From a virus (lineage: Duplodnaviria; Caudoviricetes), in the IMG/VR virus record IMGVR_UViG_3300026268_000003, positions 1-55,635 of that record: a DNA stretch of 55,635 nt. One strand, given 5' to 3'. Position 1 is the stretch's first letter. The number at the start of each line of letters is the position of its first letter. Under the pieces are notes generated by a model, which was not told the origin of the DNA, searched no databases, and worked only from the letters and a program-made list of their open reading frames with translations. A program made the position numbers and the translations under genes. This document shows, piece by piece, positions 1 through 9,792 of this stretch.

Positions 1-2949
1 TGTAATTCCTGTAGACGCTATTGTAAACCCAGCAATTTTACCACCACTAAATAATACATCCGAGCCTGTAACTTGTCCATCAGATTTTACATTAAAAACT
101 CCACTACCACTTTCTGCTAATGAATCAGCTCCAGCAAAAAATCTTGTATCACCAGTTGAAGATACTCCTGTATACTTTCCACCAGTTAACTTCCATAATG
201 AATCAGAACCTATATTCCAATTACCTATCAACCCAGTTGACGCAGTCAATTGACCCTCTATTACCGCTCCACTTGCTATCAATACTCCACTTGATGATAC
301 TGCGAAATTTGAACCAAATCTAACATAATAATCACCAGGCGTAAAATCTACATAGTAACCACTCAATGGATTATCATCGGGCCCATCACCTGTTTTAAAT
401 AATGCCGCGCCTGTAGCATCTAATGTAGCATTAGAACCACTTAACTTACCATCTATAATTTGCCAATTACCAATTTGACCAGAATCGGCAGTTACAGTAC
501 CAGTAATCTTAGCCGCGGAAGCTGTTATATCTCCACTAGCCTTAACATTAAAATTAGAAGACGAAATAAAATATTCATTACTTGTTGCTGACCCACTTAA
601 AAGAAAACTATCAGAATAAATTGCATCACTACTAATATTAAATCCACCTATATCACCAGCTGTAGCTGTAATAGTACCACTCATGTTTACATCACCACTC
701 GCAGATAAATGAAAGTTACTTGAACTAATTTCTATATTACCATCTGCACCACTAACAAATTGATTAGTAGACCCTAAAAAGAAAGATGGTGTCTTTACTT
801 CAAAGACTCCCAAGTCGGTTCTGAACCTCATAGAACCACTTACACCATCGTGCAATTCTAAACCGACACCATCATAACTATCGCCACTACCAGGTAAAAC
901 AGAACCACTATAAATTAGAAATCCAGCTTGACCTGTACCATCTTCGGCTTTAGCGAAACCTTCATACCCAATTGACCTTATGAAACCAGAACTAACACCG
1001 GCCATTTCTATACCAGTATTTATTTCACTTCCCATAAACATAGAACCAGATAATAAATTATCAGTACCACTTAAAAATAGATTACCACCTGCAAAAGATA
1101 TACCTTCTTTAATAACAATAGTTTCTGCTATGTTATTATTTATATCATAAAACTCGGCTAAGAAATCAAACTCTTGTGGTCTTTCCGAAAATATACCAGG
1201 CATTGGCAACTTTAATTTCATAAAATCTGGACTAAAACCAGTTTCGGCTGTAGCTGTTATCGAGACATCCGATAAATAAAAAATACCACTTCTAATCAAA
1301 AATATTAACTTACCAGTACTTGTAATATCTGCTACAAATGGATGAACTACTTTACCAAAATTAAAATTATTTTCATCAGTTTTTAGTGTACCAAGTTTAT
1401 GACCAAGTTGTTGAACATTTTTAAAGTTTTTTTGTGTAGTATCACCAAACGCAGAACCAGAAACATATATATCCATTACTGGTGGAAGTCCACTTTGACC
1501 ACTAGCATACGCATCAAAAGTCAAAGTATAATATGTATCTTGTATAAAATCAAATGAACCAGTTGTCTCAAATACTATAGCGTTAGTTTCTGGTGTCATA
1601 GAACCAGAAATTTTTACTGAGTCTATTATTTGGGATGAATCATAATCCAAACTACCTGTTACTGTATGTGCATAATTTGTATGTATTATCCAATTATTAT
1701 CTATCGTATCTTGATTATCAAAATATCCAATTCTATCTTTTGTTGAAATAGAATTTTCATCAACAAGTATTTCTACATTTTCAATAACTTGGTCTGCTAA
1801 AACCTCATAATCGGAAGTAGAACCTTTTGGTCTAACATATGTTTTTACGCGATATATGTCACCAGAAAATGTTCTTAAATTATCTAATGTTAATTCGGCA
1901 TAAGAATTAAAATTAGTAGTACTAATAGATTGAGTTACTGGTGTAGGATAAGATATTTCAAATGTATTATCTTCCGCTAATGGAACTGGTATAAGTTCTT
2001 TTGTCAAAGTATCTAATACCGTAACTAACTCAAGTGGAACAATAGCGTCCTCATTAACAACTTTAATAATGTCTGAAGCGTAGGGTTGAACTTCATGATG
2101 TGGTTTTAATTCAAATTTAGTTTCATCTATTAATGGAGTATCTATTTTTAATTCACCACCAACAAAATCTGATAGTGCTTTTGTATCTGAACCAAACTTT
2201 TGTTTTAACGAAAATATAAATTTATCAATTTCTGGCGAACTTCTTCGTACAGCTCTTCCTCTTCTTTTATAATTACCAACTCCTCTCTTTCTACTCTCCT
2301 TTGAATTAATTTTCATTAATAAAATATCTTTTATTTTATCTCTTATTAATTCTTCTTCTTTAAAAGGCTTACCAAGATACGCATCATGTGGTTTACTTTC
2401 GGAGCTTAAACTACCAGTAAGTACTGTTGAGCCTGTTACAACAGTTTGTACTATATATGGCTTTACTATTTCATTAACACTAAGTGTTGGTTGTTTATAA
2501 AAGAAAATTGGTTCTGAATTTGGTGCTACTGAATCAATAAAAATTGGTCGAGTCCAACGAACATTATATGCATCTTCCCACTCCAATGGAACGTCAACAT
2601 CAGAAGTTAATGGGTCTAACTGACTTAAAATATATAATGTAGCATCACCAGGTGCGGAATCACTATAAACTTCTACAGATACTCTACTAAAAATACCTTC
2701 TGTATAATTTAAAACTGGTTCTGTATATATAGGATTACCTTGAGCATCAAGAATTTCAAGTCTAAGTTCAACATTAGATTTTAAAAATTCAGAACCACCC
2801 ATTAGGAAAGATGATTTACCCTGTGGTATTACTTCTGGGAGCTCAACGACATTAAAATATTTAGATAAAAATGTAGACTCATCTACAAGAACATCAAAAT
2901 CTTTTAGACCTTGATACAAATTTTGGCGTTTTATTATATTGGTTTCCAT
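1..2949 (-). CDS. Large tail/tail-fibre-like virion protein, runs off the left edge (partial, >983 aa)
   Basis: Not in the ORF track. ATG at 2949 gives METNIIKRQNLYQGLKDFDVLVDE...; the same frame reads ...SGGKIAGFTIASTGIT at position 1. The distal part has G-x-I-[AG]-[GN]-[FW]-x-I repeats typical of phage fibre shafts. Frame checked at both ends, not at every codon. Confidence 0.75.
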   Translation of the reverse strand, partial: METNIIKRQNLYQGLKDFDVLVDESTFLSKYFNVVELPEVIPQGKSSFLMGGSEFLKSNVELRLEILDAQGNPIYTEPVLNYTEGIFSRVSVEVYSDSAPGDATLYILSQLDPLTSDVDVPLEWEDAYNVRWTRPIFIDSVAPNSEPIFFYKQPTLSVNEIVKPYIVQTVVTGSTVLTGSLSSESKPHDAYLGKPFKEEELIRDKIKDILLMKINSKESRKRGVGNYKRRGRAVRRSSPEIDKFIFSLKQKFGSDTKALSDFVGGELKIDTPLIDETKFELKPHHEVQPYASDIIKVVNEDAIVPLELVTVLDTLTKELIPVPLAEDNTFEISYPTPVTQSISTTNFNSYAELTLDNLRTFSGDIYRVKTYVRPKGSTSDYEVLADQVIENVEILVDENSISTKDRIGYFDNQDTIDNNWIIHTNYAHTVTGSLDYDSSQIIDSVKISGSMTPETNAIVFETTGSFDFIQDTYYTLTFDAYASGQSGLPPVMDIYVSGSAFGDTTQKNFKNVQQLGHKLGTLKTDENNFNFGKVVHPFVADITSTGKLIFLIRSGIFYLSDVSITATAETGFSPDFMKLKLPMPGIFSERPQEFDFLAEFYDINNNIAETIVIKEGISFAGGNLFLSGTDNLLSGSMFMGSEINTGIEMAGVSSGFIRSIGYEGFAKAEDGTGQAGFLIYSGSVLPGSGDSYDGVGLELHDGVSGSMRFRTDLGVFEVKTPSFFLGSTNQFVSGADGNIEISSSNFHLSASGDVNMSGTITATAGDIGGFNISSDAIYSDSFLLSGSATSNEYFISSSNFNVKASGDITASAAKITGTVTADSGQIGNWQIIDGKLSGSNATLDATGAALFKTGDGPDDNPLSGYYVDFTPGDYYVRFGSNFAVSSSGVLIASGAVIEGQLTASTGLIGNWNIGSDSLWKLTGGKYTGVSSTGDTRFFAGADSLAESGSGVFNVKSDGQVTGSDVLFSGGKIAGFTIASTGIT

Positions 2950-2955
2950 ATAACA

Positions 2956-2963
2956 ATAAATAT
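2956..2963 (-). promoter_or_regulatory. ATATTTAT motif, putative late promoter
   Basis: Just upstream of the ATG at 2949; recurs intergenically on the coding strand at about 12 sites. Confidence 0.55.
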
Positions 2964-2982
2964 CTAATTATAAAAATTTGAT

Positions 2983-2990
2983 ATATTTAT
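2983..2990 (+). promoter_or_regulatory. ATATTTAT motif for the divergent plus-strand gene
   Basis: The motif switches strand in front of plus-strand ORF 3004. Confidence 0.5.
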
Positions 2991-3003
2991 ATATGGATAA
3001 AAG

Positions 3004-3189
3004 ATGGAGATTATCGGTATGAAGTGTAAATACTCATTTACAATAGAAGATAGACTAATGGATTGGTTTAGATTATACGTTAGAGAAGAAAGTACAACTA
3101 TGAGTGCTGTACTTAATCAACATATATTAACTTTGAAAAGAAATAAAGAAGGATATACTAAAACTAATAATAAATTAAAAGTTAGTTAA
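3004..3189 (+). CDS. Small ribbon-helix-helix-like DNA-binding protein
   Basis: KYSFTIEDRLMDWFRLYVREESTTMSAVLNQHI fits the RHH strand-helix-helix pattern; fills the gap between two minus-strand genes. Start may be the ATG at 3019. Confidence 0.5.
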   Translation: MEIIGMKCKYSFTIEDRLMDWFRLYVREESTTMSAVLNQHILTLKRNKEGYTKTNNKLKVS

Positions 3190-6100
3190 AAGTTATCTTA
3201 CTAAAACCTTCTTCTTTTTTAAGTTCTAATAAAGTATCAACGGCATCTCTCATGCCCTCAATGTGTGATACAATCATAGTAAATTGAAATTGTGATTTCA
3301 AATATTGAAATAAATTATAAACAGAATTTAAATTATCGGAATCCATATTACCAAATCCCTCGTCAATAGCAAGAAAATTAGTACTTGGTAAATTACAAAC
3401 ATTAATCAAACCAACACGTATAGCTAAAGAAGAAATGAATTTTTCCATTCCACTTGTCAATTCAAGAGGCCAAATTCTATTATCATCATATACAATATAA
3501 CAATTAATATTCTTACCATCCATTTCCAACATTACAGAAAATTCTACTATTTGAGCTAATATCTCATTTACAGCTCCTTCTACAGTAGGAATAGCTTTTG
3601 ATATTAATTCATATGGAACACCATCACGTTTAACAGCGTTCAAATAAAACTCATAAGCTTTATATTTAATTTCTAACTCTTCTACTTCTTTAATTGTTGA
3701 TAATATATTTTTCTTATTATTTTCAGCTACCTTAACATTACCATGTACAATTTTAATATCATTTTCTATATTATCAATTAGACCAGATAAATTAACCATA
3801 GAATCTTTAAGTTCTACTATATCTTCTTCTAATTCTTTATTAAAAATAACATCTTCTTCTTGTTTATAATAATTTGTAATGTCTTGTTCAACAGAACTTA
3901 TTCTTTCAATAATATTTTCTTTTTTCTCTGTTAATAATATTAATTGACTATCTATTTTATTTTTTAATACCTCAACATCATTTAATTTTTGTCTGATATC
4001 ATCATATTGTATTTTATCATCTTTAACATATACAAGTGATTTTATAATACCAACAATTCTATCATATTCTTTAACATGATTGTTAGCTATTTCTTTATCT
4101 TTTTCTAATAACTCTTTTGTATTTATAGCATCAAGTGTAAATGGATTACTCATACAAAAATCACAATCTTCATCCCATTCCAATCCACCCAATTTTTGTA
4201 TCTTATCAAGTTTATTTTGTACTTGAATTTTTAACTTATCAAGTTCAATTTTCAAGGTATTTTTCTTCTCTTCATATTTCTCTAATTCATCATATTTAGA
4301 ATCAATATCTACATCATTATATTTATTATGTTTTTCTAACAAATTATTCTCTTTTAAAGAAACATCCTTTTCGTGTGATTGACAAAAACCTAATTTTTCA
4401 TCTATATCTGCTAATGTTGAGTTTAAATTATCTTTTTTAGTTTGTATTGAATCTAAATCTGTTATAGATTCGTCAACATTCTTTAATTTCTTTGTAGTTT
4501 CTATAACATCTGTATTTAATTGTTGATATTCATCCAACCATTCTTCTTTTTGTTTTGTTAACTTATCATATTCTATAACATATGAATTTAAATTATTTTG
4601 TGTATCTGTTAATTCAAAATCATAATCTCTTTGTTGAAACCTTCTTAGTATTGCAGAAACATCTGATATCTCTTCATTGGCTTTTTTCCACAATTCATCA
4701 AAAATACCTATACCAATAAACTTAGATAATAAATCCTTTCGTTCTCTTTGAGTCTTGTCTATAAAAACAGTATTATTATTTTGTAAAGATAGTGCTGTTA
4801 AAACAAAATCTTCATAAGAACCTATAACACTTCTAATATTTACATTAGTTGTTCTACGTTGGTCACCATTTAATGAAATTGTTTCACCAGTTTCATCAAT
4901 CATCCAAAAATTAACATCTACTTTAACATGACCATTACTTAACTTCTTAGCTTTTCTTTCTATATAATAATCTATATCACTTATTTCAAAATTAACCTTA
5001 CAATAAAAATTATTTTTCCTATTGTTTAGAATATTTTCAGCTTTAAACGCTCTCGATGATGTATCATATAAACAAAACGATAAAACATCCAATAAAGCTG
5101 ACTTACCACTTGCGTTCGGTGAAAAGAGTCCAACTATTCCATCAAGTTTTGTGAAATCTACCACATTATCTTCACCATAAGAAAACATATTATCAAAAGT
5201 CATTGATTTTAATTTCCATAAAATATTTCTTGGATATTCATTATGAAAAAACGTTGAATTTAATTCTTCATTTATTTTTTTAATTTCAAGTAAAGTATCT
5301 TCATCTATTGCATAGTTTTTTTCAAGATGTTCACTAATCAATTTATATTGATGATTAGAATCAGTAATATCACCTATCTCTATCTTTGAACCATCAATGT
5401 CTTTTCTATCAAAACCATCTGTTTTAGTTACTATTACTTCTTTTATCCCATATTTACTTCGTATTACTGCTAAAACTTTCTTTAACTGTGATGGTTTAGT
5501 GTTTGTTATTCTAACCCTTAATCGAGATTTAGAAGGCATATCACTAACAACTGGTACTACACCATTATTTACATCCAAAGTATAATAACCATAATCATTC
5601 TGAATAGGTACATATGTAGATTTACGACTTGGTACATCCCACCTCAAGTAGCCGTGGTCTAATCCCTCGCCATGATTCTGTTGGACTAATGAACCACAAT
5701 AAGAAATAGTTTCTTCTTCATTAAGATGTTGTCTCTTATGTATATCACCCAATAATCCAAGGTCATATCCATCAAACTTATCTATATGTACATCAGAAGG
5801 TAACTTAAATCCCAAATCTGTTTCTGACTTGTCAACAGTACCATGAAATAGTACTATTTTAGTATCACCATCTACTTGGTCGGATGTTATAAAACTATCC
5901 TCTTTATCCCAAACATCCCATACTACAAACGATACATCAGCAAACTTATAAATCCCACTATCTTTAAAATAAAACAATCGTGGATGATTTAAATTTTCTA
6001 CAATAGGTGTTAAAACATCTAACCTTGAACGATTATTTAAGTTACAATCGTGATTTCCAGCTATTATTATCGTTGGAACTATATCTGCTAAATTTTTAAA

Positions 6101-6328
6101 TAACCTTGATAGTTGGTCAACCAATTCAGGTGACATTTCTGTTTTAGAATGAGCTATATCACCACCAATATATGCTACTGCATTATCTGGGTATTTCCTT
6201 ACTTCTTCATAAGTACGTTCAAATACCTCTTCGTATTCCTTATGTCTCTTCAGATTACGTATTTGTATATCTGAAATGTGGTGTATGTATTTTAACTTGT
6301 CAAATAATTGAATATCTTGTTTTATCAT
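3182..6328 (-). CDS. Mre11/SbcD nuclease fused to Rad50/SbcC ATPase (gp47-gp46-like)
   Basis: N-terminal metallophosphoesterase motifs (HISD, GGD, GNHD, FHG, GDIHKRQ); Walker A SPNASGKS; long coiled coil with CDFC zinc hook; signature LTSGME; Walker B AIDEGFG; H-loop VSH. Confidence 0.92.
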   Translation of the reverse strand: MIKQDIQLFDKLKYIHHISDIQIRNLKRHKEYEEVFERTYEEVRKYPDNAVAYIGGDIAHSKTEMSPELVDQLSRLFKNLADIVPTIIIAGNHDCNLNNRSRLDVLTPIVENLNHPRLFYFKDSGIYKFADVSFVVWDVWDKEDSFITSDQVDGDTKIVLFHGTVDKSETDLGFKLPSDVHIDKFDGYDLGLLGDIHKRQHLNEEETISYCGSLVQQNHGEGLDHGYLRWDVPSRKSTYVPIQNDYGYYTLDVNNGVVPVVSDMPSKSRLRVRITNTKPSQLKKVLAVIRSKYGIKEVIVTKTDGFDRKDIDGSKIEIGDITDSNHQYKLISEHLEKNYAIDEDTLLEIKKINEELNSTFFHNEYPRNILWKLKSMTFDNMFSYGEDNVVDFTKLDGIVGLFSPNASGKSALLDVLSFCLYDTSSRAFKAENILNNRKNNFYCKVNFEISDIDYYIERKAKKLSNGHVKVDVNFWMIDETGETISLNGDQRRTTNVNIRSVIGSYEDFVLTALSLQNNNTVFIDKTQRERKDLLSKFIGIGIFDELWKKANEEISDVSAILRRFQQRDYDFELTDTQNNLNSYVIEYDKLTKQKEEWLDEYQQLNTDVIETTKKLKNVDESITDLDSIQTKKDNLNSTLADIDEKLGFCQSHEKDVSLKENNLLEKHNKYNDVDIDSKYDELEKYEEKKNTLKIELDKLKIQVQNKLDKIQKLGGLEWDEDCDFCMSNPFTLDAINTKELLEKDKEIANNHVKEYDRIVGIIKSLVYVKDDKIQYDDIRQKLNDVEVLKNKIDSQLILLTEKKENIIERISSVEQDITNYYKQEEDVIFNKELEEDIVELKDSMVNLSGLIDNIENDIKIVHGNVKVAENNKKNILSTIKEVEELEIKYKAYEFYLNAVKRDGVPYELISKAIPTVEGAVNEILAQIVEFSVMLEMDGKNINCYIVYDDNRIWPLELTSGMEKFISSLAIRVGLINVCNLPSTNFLAIDEGFGNMDSDNLNSVYNLFQYLKSQFQFTMIVSHIEGMRDAVDTLLELKKEEGFSKITFN

Positions 6329-7272
6329 ATATCTATAAACTTACTTTGTTTTGTGGCTAACTTACTTTGTAAAAAAGTCTTTAAATTCATCCTTTTAGTG
6401 TTTTTAATTTTACCAATCATGTGTGCAAACCCAACATCAGATGGGTCTTTATCGTGCATACCTACATAATAAACTTCAACACCATTCTTCATTAACTTAG
6501 CTGATAGTTTTAACGCGTCAATTTTAGCGTCTTCATCTAACACGATGTAAATTTTCTTAACACTTTGTCTATATAACTCAGTTTTTAACTTATATTGTAT
6601 AGTCTTACCAAATAATGGTATAGCATTACGTTTTATAGCTATGGCATCAAATACACCCTCACATAATACTAATGGTTCATCCCAATTAATGAATAATTCA
6701 AACCCAATTACATCTTTAGATATTGGTGGATTCTTATATTTCAACTTACTATTGTATATGTCTCTACCAACAAAGTAATTTAACGACCCATTTTTATCAT
6801 AAGATGGTATTATAACTCTATTTGTGTATGGGCCACTCTCACAATACCCCATATTATACCTTAATATATCATCTCCAGTAATACCCCTTGATAACAAATA
6901 ACTTGTAGCTTGTTTATATACTGGTGATGGATGTTTTATAGCAAGAGAAAGAAACTCTTTCGGTAAATTAACGACTTGTTTTTTAGTTTCACTATCATCA
7001 TTTTTGTAACTAACCGAATTTGTACCTACAATATCACGTAATTCAGAAAATTGATTATTTGTAGCATTTACTTTCTTAAACAATTGATATAAATTATGAC
7101 CACCCTCATTACTTACCCAACAATGCCATTTACCTGTTTGTACATTTATTTGTAATTTCTGTTTATGGTGTGCTACAAAAGGCGACCAAAACATATACTC
7201 ATTGGCTTTTTTTAATTGTCTACCACTCGTCTTTAAGACTCTATTAAGTAGATTAACTATTTTTTGATTCAC
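6325..7272 (-). CDS. DnaG-type DNA primase
   Basis: NRVIIP, FVGR, KYKNP, Toprim CEGVFDA and LDED, KDPSD; degenerate N-terminal Zn-binding domain (SPF..HH..HCWVS). Confidence 0.9.
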   Translation of the reverse strand: MNQKIVNLLNRVLKTSGRQLKKANEYMFWSPFVAHHKQKLQINVQTGKWHCWVSNEGGHNLYQLFKKVNATNNQFSELRDIVGTNSVSYKNDDSETKKQVVNLPKEFLSLAIKHPSPVYKQATSYLLSRGITGDDILRYNMGYCESGPYTNRVIIPSYDKNGSLNYFVGRDIYNSKLKYKNPPISKDVIGFELFINWDEPLVLCEGVFDAIAIKRNAIPLFGKTIQYKLKTELYRQSVKKIYIVLDEDAKIDALKLSAKLMKNGVEVYYVGMHDKDPSDVGFAHMIGKIKNTKRMNLKTFLQSKLATKQSKFIDI

Positions 7273-7603
7273 ATAATAACCTTAGAAATTCCTTTATGTC
7301 CATAGTGACATAAGTTTTACTTCTGTTTCTTTTAAATATCAATAATGGTTCATAACCATTTGAATTATTTTCAGCTTGTTCTAATGCTTTCCATATAGAC
7401 AAAGCTTCTTGATTTTTACACTCAATAGCGTAAGGAATAAATTTTCTAGCGGCAGGTGATAATTGAATATCTTCTCCAGATTCTCCCATAGTAGTAGATT
7501 TTATGTCATCTGGTTCTAATTCGTTTTGAAACGTTTCGAGTAATAAATCTCGTATTTTGTTTTGTAATCGTTTGCCTTTATTTTTACGGGAACGTGTGTT
7601 CAT
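7253..7603 (-). CDS. PD-(D/E)xK Holliday-junction resolvase-like nuclease
   Basis: SRKNKGKRLQ N-terminus, GEDIQL, IECKNQE and PLLIFKRNRS motifs. Confidence 0.75.
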   Translation of the reverse strand: MNTRSRKNKGKRLQNKIRDLLLETFQNELEPDDIKSTTMGESGEDIQLSPAARKFIPYAIECKNQEALSIWKALEQAENNSNGYEPLLIFKRNRSKTYVTMDIKEFLRLLCESKNS

Positions 7604-7640
7604 AACCTATTAATATATATCTACTTTTAAACCAAAAGAC

Positions 7641-8426
7641 TCATGCTTTTTTAAACTTACTATACCACGTTTTAAAATTTCGTTTAGCAAAATTCTCAGC
7701 CTTCTCTTCCCACTTATTATCATCGTGTGGGTCAAATCCATGATGAGCTGCCATAGTACCAGCTTGGTTATACATCTTCAAAAACTTCTTTTTACCATAT
7801 TTTTTAGCCATTTGAGCATGATGAATTTCATGTAATACAGTCATTATAAAATCTTTTAAATCTGAAGTAGGTTCGAGTGTTATAGTATCAGTTTCAACAA
7901 CATAATCAGCTTTTACTTTACCTTTCTTATTAAGAAATCTAACTTTTGAATTTAATTTATGTAATTTAACTATAGCTTGAGCTATATGTAAAAAATCAAT
8001 TCTTTCTAAAATTAAATTTTCATTAAGTGTTTTTGTTTGTTTTCCATGTAAATCTACAGATTGTTGAACAAAATCTTGTCCTTTTGTACCAACACCAGAT
8101 GTTATAAAATCATCACTTTCAATTGGTTCTTGTGGTAAGTCTGGATTAAAGATAATATCTTGTCTCTCTCTTATTTGTGTATCATCACCAAATGGATTAT
8201 CACCCTTTGGAAATTCTAATTGTGTCCAACCACCTCTTGTAAACCACTCATCACTATTTTGACTACCTCTAATTCTACCAAGTCTACGTGCTACACCAGG
8301 TTTTACATACCCAGATTCTGGTTCACCAGAGTCTACTATTGAACCAGCGTTCGATACTTCTACCAATTGTTTATATAAACTTTTATTTTCCAAAATATTC
8401 TCCACTTTCATCTGATACAGTATCAT
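7641..8426 (-). CDS. Protein with C-terminal zincin-like metallopeptidase domain
   Basis: TVLHEIHHAQ (HExxH) with downstream WEEKAE third-ligand helix. Confidence 0.6.
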   Translation of the reverse strand: MILYQMKVENILENKSLYKQLVEVSNAGSIVDSGEPESGYVKPGVARRLGRIRGSQNSDEWFTRGGWTQLEFPKGDNPFGDDTQIRERQDIIFNPDLPQEPIESDDFITSGVGTKGQDFVQQSVDLHGKQTKTLNENLILERIDFLHIAQAIVKLHKLNSKVRFLNKKGKVKADYVVETDTITLEPTSDLKDFIMTVLHEIHHAQMAKKYGKKKFLKMYNQAGTMAAHHGFDPHDDNKWEEKAENFAKRNFKTWYSKFKKA

Positions 8427-8979
8427 TATGTGGTCTTACAAATTTATCGGAATAAAAACTTTTTAAATGTTTTAAAACTTTAAAATCAAATTTTTCTGGT
8501 AAATCATAAAATTTATAATATTTCCAGTCTTCGTGTTCTTCATCTAATGTTGGAGTTTGTAAATTCGTACTATGTATAACATAAAGATAGAAACTACCAC
8601 CATTTTCTTTTTCAGTAGTTAAAATTAATTTTGGAATTGTATCTAAAACTATTTGTGTTTCTTCGGCTAACTCTCTATTCAATGCTTCAATAGGAGCTTC
8701 ACCAATTTTTATATGACCCTTTGGTATTGACCAATAAGAACCAGTTCTTTTTAAACATAATAATTGTTTATCATGTAATAATAAAAGACCAACTGACGAA
8801 TCAGTATCATCTTGTGATTCTATAAGTAAATTTTTTAATTTAATATTTCCTTCGGTCATTTTTTTACGTTCCTTTAAAACAGATTCTACTTGTTGTTTAA
8901 AAAACATCTTATCATTTCTTGATACTCTTTGTTTTTTCTTACCAATTTCATTCGGTTCATCTATATGAAATATTTTCAT
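8383..8979 (-). CDS. Nudix hydrolase with N-terminal extension
   Basis: Nudix box PKGHIKIGEAPIEALNRELAEETQI; C-terminal EHEDWKY. Confidence 0.85.
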   Translation of the reverse strand: MKIFHIDEPNEIGKKKQRVSRNDKMFFKQQVESVLKERKKMTEGNIKLKNLLIESQDDTDSSVGLLLLHDKQLLCLKRTGSYWSIPKGHIKIGEAPIEALNRELAEETQIVLDTIPKLILTTEKENGGSFYLYVIHSTNLQTPTLDEEHEDWKYYKFYDLPEKFDFKVLKHLKSFYSDKFVRPHNDTVSDESGEYFGK

Positions 8980-9050
8980 ATTCCCAATACCCTTTTTATT
9001 TGAATTACTATCTCTTCCATATCCTTTACAGCTTTCTTTGCTTTACCCAT
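8976..9050 (-). CDS. 24-aa coupled mini-ORF (MGKAKKAVKDMEEIVIQIKRVLGI)
   Basis: Starts 2 nt after the upstream stop and ends in an ATGA overlap with the Nudix start. Confidence 0.45.
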   Translation of the reverse strand: MGKAKKAVKDMEEIVIQIKRVLGI

Positions 9051-9052
9051 TA

Positions 9053-9376
9053 TTATCTTGGTGGATTAGAATCCCACGGCCCCCAATGTTGGTTCTTTAA
9101 CATTTTAATACCAGCTTCTTCTCCAGTATATTTATAAATTTTATGTCCTTTAACAGGAATTCCTCCAACTTTATAGTATAATTTTTTAGACATATGAATT
9201 TCTCTTCCATTACTATAGTCAAATACTACGGAGCCTAATTCAACCCACGCATGACCAAATGGTTTACCATCAGTTTTTAAAATACCTACTCCGTGGCATA
9301 AAGTCCATCTTTCATCGTCCATATGACTAATAGCAAGTCTACCAGCCGCTCTATAACAATCTCCACTGGCCGCCAT
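9053..9376 (-). CDS. Small papain/transglutaminase-like Cys-His-Asp protein
   Basis: GDCY...GHAWVE...VFD triad spacing. Confidence 0.55.
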   Translation of the reverse strand: MAASGDCYRAAGRLAISHMDDERWTLCHGVGILKTDGKPFGHAWVELGSVVFDYSNGREIHMSKKLYYKVGGIPVKGHKIYKYTGEEAGIKMLKNQHWGPWDSNPPR

Positions 9377-9377
9377 T

Positions 9378-9782
9378 TTATTTTGTTACCCTCTTTACCT
9401 TTTCAATTGAACGACCAGCAAAATAAGCCGCATAAACAGTCATCAATAATGTCTGATAAACTGGAACATACGCCGCTCCTATTGTAAAGTCACCCAAATT
9501 TCCATCAAATACACTTAATATAACAAATACGGCTGTAAGAAAAATCAAAGTTAATGGTCTGATATTTTTACTCAACCAACTTCCATGTTTCATATCGGCT
9601 TCCCAACGAGCAGACACTTGAGCTTGTGCCGCTTGTTCAGCTGTTGCTAATATTTGTGTTATCTTTTGTTCTGCTTCGGCTCTTTCTTCACCTGATGTGT
9701 GTAAATTATCTAATACTCCACCAATATCTTTTATTACATCACCACCACTTAAAAACCCTGTAATTGCACTCATAACTCCCAT
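9378..9782 (-). CDS. Holin, 3TM / gene-transfer-agent holin family
   Basis: LDNLHTSGEER, RWEADM..SWLSKNIRP, hydrophobic helices and YFAGRSIEK, the pattern of the GTA_holin_3TM family. Confidence 0.8.
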   Translation of the reverse strand: MGVMSAITGFLSGGDVIKDIGGVLDNLHTSGEERAEAEQKITQILATAEQAAQAQVSARWEADMKHGSWLSKNIRPLTLIFLTAVFVILSVFDGNLGDFTIGAAYVPVYQTLLMTVYAAYFAGRSIEKVKRVTK

Positions 9783-9792
9783 AACTTATCTC

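Noticed and set aside
120-323. Plus-strand 67-aa ORF and other short plus-strand ORFs across the window (e.g. 5397, 10465, 11083, 16531, 19283, 47054)
   Set aside because: Antisense shadows of long minus-strand genes with no RBS or recognisable motifs.
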